Shown here one piece after another: positions 36,111-46,729 of a stretch of DNA of 64,000 nucleotides. This stretch comes from Azolla caroliniana (Eukaryota; Plantae; Polypodiophyta), in contig JBHGNT010000022.1 of assembly GCA_043228905.1 (NCBI GenBank), forward strand, positions 496,001 to 560,000. Reading direction: 5' to 3'. Each line of letters starts with the position of its first letter. Within the stretch, counting starts at the first letter, position 1. The notes beneath the pieces were generated by a model. It searched no databases. It saw nothing but the letters and a program-made list of their open reading frames with translations, and had not been told where the DNA came from. The translations under genes were made by a program, and so were the position numbers.

Positions 36111-39100
36111 CTATCCCCGCTTTAAAACGACGAGTGTCACGAGTCGTTTTGGATGGAGGACCTGGTTTGTGTGGATATTGTTGATGGAAGTCTTCAAGAA
36201 GCGCACGAGCATTGGTCACATTCTCGATCGGTTCCCAAGTACATTCGCTGGGACTATAGCCTAGCCAATCGACTAGATAGTAGAGCTTGTTGTGAACAAT
36301 CTTGGAATCAAGGATGGCGGCAACCTCGTACTCCGGTCCATCTTCAAGCTCGATCGGGGGTGGAGGTTGTATAATACGCCCTGGGATGGTGCTCTCGTGA
36401 TAGGGTTCAAGGAGAGAACTATGAAACACCGGATGTATCCGAAGTTGAGGAGGTAGATCGAGACGAAAAGAGACATCATTAATCTTCCCGATAATACAGA
36501 AAGGACCTAATTGTCGATAATCCAACTTCTCACATGGGCGAGTAGTCTTGATGTGTCGTCGTAGCAGCCACACCCGATCTCCAATGTTAAAACTAGATGG
36601 AAGTCGATGACGATCCGCGTAGACCTTGTATGTTTGTTGAGCTTGCTGGAGATGAGTACATAAATCTGCTTGTATCTTGCGTAACTGCTCCAAATGATCC
36701 TCCGCGTAAGGATTTATGGACACCTCTGGGGTTTCAAGTACACTCCACCGAGGGTGACATCCCGTATAAGCATAAAATGGCGAAACTTTAGTCGATGCGT
36801 GGATAGAGTTATTATAGGAAAATTCGGCGAAGTGGAGAATATCTACCCAGTTATCCTGATGATAGCTGAGAAAGCACCGCAAATACTGCTCCAGCGTTTG
36901 ATTTGTGCGTTCGGCTTGGCCGTCGGTTTGTGGGTGGTAGCCGGAGGAGAGGTTACAAGTGACCTTGAGCATTTTAAAAAGGTGCTTCCAGAATTTTGAC
37001 ACGAACTGGGGTCCACGATCGTTGACGATACTATCGGGGAGTCCATGATGCCGACATACTTCACGCATGACAATTTCGGCGGTGTCTTCACTTGAGATTT
37101 CCTTAGTACATGGCAAGAAATGAGCCATCTTCGTATATCGATCTACCACTGTTAGAATCGCATTCAACCCCTTAGAGACTGGAAGATCTGTGATGAAGTC
37201 GAGAGCAATGGATTGCCATGGCTTGCTTGGAATTGGTAATGGTTCTAATAAACCATAGGGATGATGCCTCGGCATTTTCGCTCTGCAGCATGTATCACAA
37301 GTCCGAACAAACTCTTCGACAAATTGTCGCATACGGGGCCACCAGAATGATCGTTGTACTAAATCTAATGTTTTAGTACTACCAAAATGCCCAGCTGTAT
37401 ATGTGTCATGACAATTTTGTACTACTCGAAGGCGGCAAGAACCATTAGGAACATACAAAAGTTCTTTAAAGAAGAGTAATCCATCATGGTATTTGAATTG
37501 CCGATAGTCCGTACCTGGTGGTTGTGACTGTGAACACGACGCTCGAGAGGGATCAATCTGTGCTAGTATAGCTTGGGCGAAAGCATCTGTCTTCAGGTCC
37601 GCACGTATGATATTGATAACGTGGGAATCCATGGGCATGCCAAAAACCTGTGTTGCTTGCTGTCGTGCCGGTCCCAAGATTACTTGCTTTTGGTTATCAA
37701 AAGCTGGCTCGTCGGGACGCGGTGTTAGATACGAACGCCGTGATAATGCATATGCCTTCCCTTGGTGCTTCCCCGGACGATATGTAATTTTGAAGTCGAA
37801 ACGCGTGAGGAAGTGGGCCCACCGAGCTTGACGTCGATTTAACACTCGAGCATCCTGAAAGTAGGCAAGGTTTTTATGATCACTGAATACGGTGACTTGA
37901 TGAGAGGACCCCTCTAAAAAATGCCTCCATTGCATAAATGAGTCCACTATTGCCAATAGCTCCTTATCATGAATTTCGTAATTGATTTCGGCGGCGTCAA
38001 ACTTGCGTGAGTGAAAAGCCACAGGATGTAGCTTCTCATCATGACCCCGTTGTGACAGAATGCTCCCCAATGCGAAATCCGATGCGTCAGCTTCGATAAT
38101 GAATGGTAGTTCCGGATCGACATGAGCTAGAATTGGAGCCGATGTAAATGCCTTTTTAAGACTCTCGAAAGCCATATCTGCTTCTTCAGACCAAACGAAC
38201 GATTGTCCCTTCCTGGTAAGCTGTGTGAGAGGCAGAACGAGCTTTGAGTAATCTTGTATAAACTTCCGGTAAAAATTGGCAAACCCTAAAAAGCATTGCA
38301 CATACCGCACCGAGCGTGGAGCCTGCCATTCTACCACCGTCTTGACCTTAGCTAGGTCCATGGAGATGCCTTCTGAGGAAATGACGTAGCCGAGAAATTC
38401 CACCTAGTTGCACCCAAAACTACATTTTTCTAGCTTTGCGTAAAGACCATGTTCTCGAAGTCGTTTTAGTACTAACAGTACATGAGAATCATGCTCTTCT
38501 TCGGTCTTTGAATAAACCAGTAGATCATCCAAGTAGATGATCAGACACACATCCAAGAGATCTCGGAATATATCATTTGCCATGTGCTGGAAGACAGCTG
38601 GTGCATTAGTGAGGCTGAACGGCATGACCGTATACTCGAAGTGCCCATATCTAGTGCGGAATGCGGTCTTCCATTCATCTCCTGGTCGGATCCGTACGAG
38701 GTTATAGGCCCCCCGTAAGTCGATCTTTGTGAAGAACCTGGCACCATTGATCCGTTCTAAAAGACTTGAGATAAGGGGAAGTGCATACCTATTGCGGATT
38801 GTAACTTTATTCAAGCCACGGTAGTCTACCACCAGACGAAGTGAGCCATCCTTTTTCTTGACGAATAAAATGGGTGCGCCGGTTGGAGATTTCAAATGTC
38901 GAATGAATCCATTCTCCAAGTTCTCCTCTATATAGGCTCGAAGGACTTCTAGCTCGGTTGGTGACAAATTGTAGATCGGTCCCCATGGTGGCTCTTTCCC
39001 CGGTTGTAAATCGATGGGGCAATCATATGGTCGATGGTGAGGAAGTGTATTGGCTCATACTTTATCGAATACATCGGCATAATGATGATACTTCTTTGGA

Positions 39101-39699
39101 AGCGGAACGGTGGACTCCTCTTTAATGGTGTCGGAGGGTTTTAGTGATATTGCGAAGAGAAACATTTCTTCCTTGCGTCCTTCTTCCCGCAACTGATGTA
39201 GTGAAATGGTGGCAATCTTCTGAGTAGATCCTCGGGTTTGTCGACACTAGATTTCTCTTGTTCTCCAATCTATGTCTGGGTTATGTAACTCGAACCATGG
39301 TAATCCCAAACCGATGGGATGTTCTGGGATACTAATAATGTTAAATGATACTACACATGCTAAGTTATCTAGGACAATATTAACGGGTTCTGACTCTTCT
39401 ATGATATTTCCGGAAGCAATGGGACGACCATCAATGACGACTACAGAGGCTGGACACGGAATTTTTCTAAGAGATATCTGATGAGCTTGGGCAAAATTCC
39501 TATCCATAAAGCAAGAATTAGCTCCGGAGTCTAGAAGTGTTAAGACGTGTACTGGAGGGGTACTTTTAGTACTAACTGTTACTTGGGATACGAACACATT
39601 GCTAACTTGCTTAGAGGGAATGGAACCACTAATGGGTTGCACAGATCTAGGGTTGTCCAACCAAACGGCTCCTATTTTGGCTGGACTTAGTCGTTTAAC
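36103..39699 (-). pseudogene. pol: Chromovirus pol (PR-RT-RH-IN-chromodomain) with in-frame stops
   Basis: ORFs 39660-39247, 38967-38404 and 38403-36103 are in one frame, separated by TAG/TGA stops. Confidence 0.9.
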
Positions 39700-40828
39700 T
39701 CTTCTTCTAACTGACTAAGGACATCAAATTTGTTCGCTAGATCTAGGCTATTAGTACTATCAAATATCCCTACTGTAATAGGCTCGGGTTTAGTACAATT
39801 AGAACTAACAACTATTTGGTTTACCTGTCTTCTTGGCCTATGGGGACAATTGATTGCAATGTGTCCTGGTCCACCGCAGTAGAGACATAGTCGATTTGTT
39901 CGGCGTCGCTGCTTTTCTTCTTCGGATAATGGTCCTCGACGACGTGTAGTGTCAATCTCCATCGGAGTCAGAGTATTCACTGGAGGCGCATTATAGTACT
40001 CCCTGGGTAAAGGTTTTGCTACCATTGAGGTGTAGGTGGGCTCTGATCTTGCCCTCGGCATCTGTAGTTATCGTTCCGAACGTCGCTCAAAGAGGCGGTT
40101 ATCACATCTTACCGCGCGACTGATTGCTTCTGTCAAGGACTTTGGCTCTTTAGGGAAAGTCAAGAGTAAATCCTTGACATCGTTGTGTAAACCATAACGA
40201 AATTGCTCCATCAGCGCTTGATCATCCCAAGGGATGTCAGTGGCAAGTAGACGGAAATCTGCAGCATATGCAGAGGCTGGACGGTCTCCTTGGCGTAATC
40301 GCCGGATTTTGTTGATTGCGGTCCTTATGCGGTCAGTATCCCCAAAGCATGCTTTAAACTCACCTATAAACTCTTCAAAGTTGTTGAGTAATGGAGACTC
40401 CTTTTCCAACAGTGGAGCGAACCATGCCAACGCTGAGCCACTTAACAGCGTCCCTACTAAACCCACTTGTGATGCATCGGTAGGATATCGGGAAGGATGC
40501 ATTTGAATAACTAATCGTACTTGATTAAGGAACCCTCTAAACTGCGATCGTGTTCCATCGAACTTCGTGGGAAGGCCAATCTTGGGTTCCTTATGAATCC
40601 CTTGTGTTCTGGGGCCTTGTTGTTGCATCGCTACGATGGTTGCTTCGAGTTGTTGCACGTGTAATGCAAGTTCCCATGTTGTTGTTGCGTTTGCTGCTTT
40701 TCTAAGGAGATTTGTTGAAGATCCCTCAGCAACCGTTGATTTTCTTGTTCCAAAGCAAGGAACTTCTCTTTTAGGCATTGAAACTCCGAGAAAACAGATT
40801 GATATTCCTGAGCGCTAACTGTGGCCAT
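39687..40828 (-). pseudogene. gag: Chromovirus gag (retrotrans_gag domain and CCHC knuckle), with one frameshift and one stop
   Basis: [44 protein letters not shown]. Confidence 0.88.
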
Positions 40829-40898
40829 GGGATGAAAAGAAAAGAGAAATAAGAGATTAGTATGAAGGGAGAGAGACAGAAGGAAAATTGGTTCAAAC

Positions 40899-41022
40899 TA
40901 TCAGGAATAGTACTAAACAGAGATAGGATTAGTACTAAACAGAGAGAGAATTAGTACTAGAGAAGGGAAGTACTATTAGAACTAAGGGGACGGAACTGCG
41001 TAAGACTCCCAAGAGAGGAAGA

Positions 41023-41067
<45 letters not shown>

Positions 41068-41377
41068 CGAGGACGAGAGATGATGATAACAGATTATATA
41101 TTATAAGAAGAGTAAGTACAAAAAGGGCTATGAGGCTAAAGACTGGCGTTGAACCAATTTGGTTCAACATAATGCCTAGTGCCCTCTTTTGTAGTGTTCT
41201 CAGGAGTAATCCTGAAGCTTCTAGAATGTTCCAAAGAAATATGGAATATACATTGATTTCCTATAACAAAATGTAAATGAAAATAATATCTTATGTATTA
41301 CAATAGATGATATAATGGTCAAGAGCTCGACCCATATAACCTAAGGTCATGGGTTCGAGTCTTGTCATATCATGACA
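40899..41377 (-). repeat. 5' LTR of the minus-strand chromovirus
   Basis: Direct repeat of 35632-36110; inner terminus reads TA instead of CA. Confidence 0.95.
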
Positions 41378-41960
41378 CTTCTTTTGCAACCTTATTCACC
41401 AATTCTTCTAATTTATCAATGCATAAGCCAAAGAGTGTGGGTGATAGTGGACATTCTTGTTTCACCCCCATGTTGCTTAAAAAGTGCTTTGAGAATCCAC
41501 TATCCATTTTTAGTTGGCATTTAACTTGTTCATATAGACGTGCAACAACAACTCGGTACTCTAATGGCATGTCAATCTCTACCATTCTATTCCAAAGCTC
41601 ACTTCATGGTACGGTATCAAAAGCTTTCTTAAAATTAACAAAACAACAATAAAGTGTTTTTCCTTGTAGTCGACTCTCTTATATGATTACTCTCAATGTG
41701 ACCAAATGATCCACACTGGAGTGTTTTGGTCTAAATCCTGCTTGCCCAAGTGCTCTTTTGCTTGTACTTTCGGCCCATGTGCTTATCTTTTGCTCCATAA
41801 TAGTGCTATATAATTTGGCAATAGTTGAGCTCACCATTATTGTATGATAATTTGATACTCGATTCTTATCTCCGTTTTTAAATATTGGTTTAATCCAATT
41901 CATAAGCCAATCATTTGGAAATCCTTGTTTTATAGCTTGCTCTATAATTGTCATTATCCA
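41378..41960 (-). mobile_element. RTE-X-like LINE, upstream RT part (5'-truncated); continuous with 34259-35631
   Basis: WIKPIFKNGD..NYHTIMV, QAGFRPKHSSVDHL, GVKQECPLSPTLFGLCID; the frame ..VAKE|EGFNAPK.. is rejoined across the gypsy insertion. Confidence 0.88.
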
Positions 41961-42180
41961 AGAGAGAGAGAGAGATCCCAAGAGGCACACAATAATACTC
42001 TGTATTATTCTCAAATATAGTTACAAAAGAATGACGGCATCATCATAAACTAGGTTATAAGTTCAGGTATATACTAACTGAACTAGGCCAACTGCCCTTT
42101 GTGCTATTTACAAATATAGCCTTATCTAGTTTGCCAAATGGGATAATGTGAATACGGCCATTATATTCCCATATTCGATA
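41961..42180 (-). repeat. Outer half of the copia 5' LTR, whose inner half lies at 34123-34260
   Basis: The reverse complement (GTATTCACATT.TCCCATTTG, AAGGGCAGTTG.CCTA, TAACCTAGTTT) matches the LTR at 31507-31821. Confidence 0.75.
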
Positions 42181-44697
42181 CTAGGCAACTTAATGTGACA
42201 TTCCCATCCTTTTCTATATCCTATGATCCTCGTCCTCCATCCATTCTTACTCCCTCATTCAACCTATTATTAGTCCACTCAAACCACTTTCATGTTTTTC
42301 AAATGTTAATGATGCATATATTAGTATTATGGATAATACAACCAACGCATGCGTAATTTAACCTAAGTTTTATGGTATATAATAATAATCAAGGGATTTG
42401 ATACCATAATAGGATGTGTAAAATTGATAGGATAGATTATGTGTTATCATAACGAATCATAAATAAACATATTGTGGGTTGAGAAGATTGCAAATAGAAT
42501 AAGTATAAACCTATGATCATCACATGTTCTTTTCTTCTCTGTTTTTTCAAAAAAAGATGCTACCCATTAGTTAGGAACAAATACAAGAGGTATCATACGT
42601 ACAAGAGCCAGACCTCATATAGAGCTTCGTGACCATCACATGTTCTTATGAAGTATGCTTCATGAATTTATATTAAATTGCATTTTCAAATATATTGTGA
42701 ACATGTGCTTTATTTGAACAACCATATTTGGTTTGTTAGAATGGTATTGTTTCAACTCCACGTAACAAATGACAATGTCATCTCCAACAACAACGGTGGC
42801 CATTCCTTCTTTATAAAGTTCATCCCTACGACAAGTTGGTTACGAGTAGATTCAGGATTTTTGATGGATGGGACAGACAAATCTGAATCGGAATTTAATT
42901 AAATTGGTGTGCATCTTGTATTGCACAACAAACATTGTAAGCGAGGTACGCTAGTTTTCCTCTTTCTAAAAAAAAGCAATAGTTTTTTTGTTCTTTGTTC
43001 TGCCTCCTTCATGTACAAACTAAACGTCTTTTTTATCAATTTCACACATCACCTCAAAATTCTTCACATATAATGATAATGGCTATGGTTGAATCTTGTA
43101 GGAGAAAGTACATCAAGTAATAGTGCCAATTCTATCCATGTTGTAACTTATGTTTAACCATCATAATCAAGCACATCAAAATCTATTATTTGAAGGGATT
43201 AATATTAAGTGTCATATGTTCATCTAGTGTTCATATATGGCCAAATTTCTTCTAATGCACAACAAGAAGTTCAAACTAGGTTTGTACATTTATGTATGGG
43301 TGTTATGGAAGCAGGAAATAAATATGTCATGCAATGTTCATTAGACATGCCCCCTAGCATTAGAGGAGGCTAGAGATATTCTCAAGTTAGCCTTGAATTT
43401 ACACCTTCACGATTTCGTAAGTACATGATTAGCTAATCACTTTAGTGGATCAAGAGAAGAAAAGAGGTGGAACTCCGAATATTGTAATAGAATACCAACA
43501 ATTAATTGTTATGATTCCAAGACAAAGTCATGCTTACACGTGAGTGAATATTTTAGTGGTAATATATGCTAATGCATATTGACTATGAATAAAGTAATTC
43601 AAGCAATCAAATGTATTACAAGGTTTCTAAAAATCATGGTATAAAAGTGTGTTTGTTCCATAGGAACTCTCACATTTCAATAAACCCATACACACTAACT
43701 GAGCAACTAACATTCCCTTCTTTTACACGAAGAAAAAAAACCCTAAAGATTTTTTAATGAAATACTTGTGGCATTTTGCATGGATTGGTTGTTTTGTTTG
43801 TGTAAACGAGACAATAACACATTCAAGTCCAATAGGATTCTATACGTGGGGTGATTTTGGCTAGTGCATGATACCCATGTTCGTTCAATATTGTATTAAA
43901 GTGTATTCAATACCTAACCCTTGACTATCATCTCCACAATTTTGCTTGTTTTTTCATTATTTTCTCAATATGCTTCCTTCTTCTCTAAGACAAATCAAAT
44001 TTTTTGGAGAAATTATTCTCCGATGTAGATCAACCTTTATAGTCAAATATACACACTCAAATCAACATAATTGGCATAGAGGTACTTGACACGCCTTAGA
44101 AAGAAAGAATATAAAATAATTGATGAGAGCGAAAAGAGTTGCAACTATGTTGTTGAGTTCTATATGGTCCATGGGAAAAGAGGAAAAATCAAAACTCACT
44201 AATGGAGAGAGGCTTATCATGACAAATTTTGGGATAAATATTCACTCATTAGAACTCCATATATTTTCCTCGTTGATCAATACCTTGCTTAAAGTTAATG
44301 CACATGTAGGATCCAATTCATGACACTCCTAGTTGTGGACAATCTCCAATGAGAACTCGATGAGCTCCCAATTTTGTCAGATATATAATGTCCATTTCAT
44401 CATCTCAATGTAATAGTGATAACAACATTGTAAATATACAATTATACCACACAAAACCATCAAAGAGGCTATACAACTTAGGGGTAGTAAGAAACTTCCA
44501 ACATTCCATAACATTCCTAAAGGGGTTTTATAGTCATAGTTTTATTGGCTCGTTACAATACTACCAAAGCAAATTGAGTGATATAAATCACAACATAAAA
44601 CTCAAGGGAGTAGCAAGAAACTTCCAACATTCCTAATGAGATTTTGTAGGCATAGATATATTGGCACATTATAAAGCAACTTGAGTGATATATATTA

Positions 44698-45010
44698 GGG
44701 AAAAGTACCAGGATAGCCCTGGAAGTTCCAAATTTACCAAACTACCGCTATGTTCAAAAAATTACACTTTATAAAGTAATTATATACTCAAATATTTGGT
44801 AAATAGGGCTAGTTCGGGTCCATTTCTTCCATCTTTGGTAAATAGGGCTCGTAGATTGGAGTGTATAATTACTTTATAAAATGTACTTTTTTGGACATAG
44901 GGGTAGTTTGGTAAATTTGGAACTTCCAGGGGCATTATGGTAAATAGATGAACTTCCAGGGGCATTATGGTAAATAGATGAACTTCCAGGGGTATCTTGG
45001 TACTTTTCCC
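44698..45010. mobile_element. Mutator-type MITE (313 bp) with long TIRs and a 9-bp TSD
   Basis: GGGAAAAGTACCA.GATA.CCCTGGAAGTTC ... GAACTTCCAGGGGTATCTTGGTACTTTTCCC; TATATATTA at 44689-44697 and 45011-45019. Confidence 0.92.
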
Positions 45011-46729
45011 TATATATTACAACATACAACTCAAGAGAGTAGCAAGGAGCAATTCACATTGTTAGACAATAGTAGTTTTTAAATGTTTTCATGTGTTCGT
45101 TGTAGTCAACGACAATTGTTCAATTTGTAATTCACACTAGGCTAGATTATTCAAAATAGCCAATTAATATATTCATCATTTCATAAATAAAACATAGCAC
45201 GTCCTTTATAGATGGAAACCATGACTTGCTCTTTATTTACCAAAAATTGCGCTACCAAGTCATGAGTAAAATGAAATGCGTGTGTTTAGTATGCTACATA
45301 AAATGCAAGCATCCAACAAATACAATGAATAAATGCCCACTGTGAATTGATGTGATCATTGAATGGTCAAGTGCAAGTTTAAGATATATCGACCATTTAG
45401 TTTGTTGAGCCATGGGTGATATGAAAAATACATGATTAAGTTGAGTAAAACGTAGGAACACGACATAAATAATGAAAAAGTGCCATTTTTTGAACATGTA
45501 CAATCCTTGAACTATCATACACATGTTTATAAGATACAACCATGTAGTTTGAGCCAATGACAAGGATAAATTCTTATTACTACCCATGTCACTACGCAAA
45601 AATTTGTTAATAGAAAAGTTGGTGTTGCGTTGAAAAAATCCCCATGCATTGGCTTTTTAGATTATGTTGCCATATGAGCAACCTTATAGTCCACATTTTC
45701 CAACAAACTAGTAAACGTGTACTGCAAATATTCCAAAGATGTATACCTAATGAGCATAACAAAGACCATGACGATCCTCAAGTGTCGTACATTGGTGTGG
45801 GAAACTAACAAATGTGTTCCACATACGACATTTGATGGCTCAAACTTTGTCCAATCCCCATTTTCTTGCAGCTAATTATTGTTTCCCATGCATGTTTCTA
45901 AAGTCATTCATCCATTCATGTCAATCGTGGACTAAGTAATCCTACAAACATCCTAATGTTGTTAGGTGGGTAGTCAATCAACAAGATGTAATGTCATTTG
46001 ATCACCTCAACTTTTTTTAGTTTTCCACTCCTCACAAACATTGAATGTATGCCACAAATGCTCCTCACAGAGATACGACTACTCATTGATACAATGATTT
46101 GCAGAATCCTTGAACATCCCAATGTTGTTTTATGTGTAACGGAACAATGCACTTCATACAACTTTGCCCAAGCTAATTCCCTACAACCATTTATTAACAT
46201 TTGGTGCGAATGCTTCTAAAGATGATTGTTCACTTAATCCTACCAATAGCCAACAAAGAAAAACACTCCTTAAACGATATTAACGATACATGAGCTTGTT
46301 TTTTCACGACGCCAATAGGTCTCGAGCTAGATACAAGTATCCTTGGCTACAACTAATAATTAACAATGGTTGTAATGCATGCTTTTGAAACCGTTTGTTT
46401 TAGTCACTCACTCATGTGACAATGGCATAAAAGAGATCATCTTCCAATGTAAAAACCCTTGAGTGATATTATTGAGAGGCTGTCATTCATTGAGAAGTAC
46501 CAAAAAGTGAGTGAGACGAGGCGTTGATTGGATGGTGGTAGGCAAGAGTGTGATCTCCACTCTCCAATGAACACCCAAGGAAAGGCACAAAGGGTGGTGG
46601 TGGTGGGTATGTGGGTACCCAATACATGTGTATGCATGCATGATATATGTATGTATGGTACGTATGCATGTTATGTATGTATATTATGTATGGTTTTTTT
46701 TACTGAAGATATCCTATCATTAGCATAAA

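Larger units (their letters stand above)
35632..41377 (-). mobile_element. Full-length (5746 bp) Ty3/gypsy chromovirus, Tcn1/Tf1-like, with two 479-bp LTRs; inactivated by a few stops
   Basis: LTRs 35632-36110 and 40899-41377 differ at about 10 positions by eye. Gag 40828-39687 carries [29 protein letters not shown], and a 766-aa RH-IN-chromodomain ORF. PPT at 36111-36125; CTTCT flanks both ends. Confidence 0.97.
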
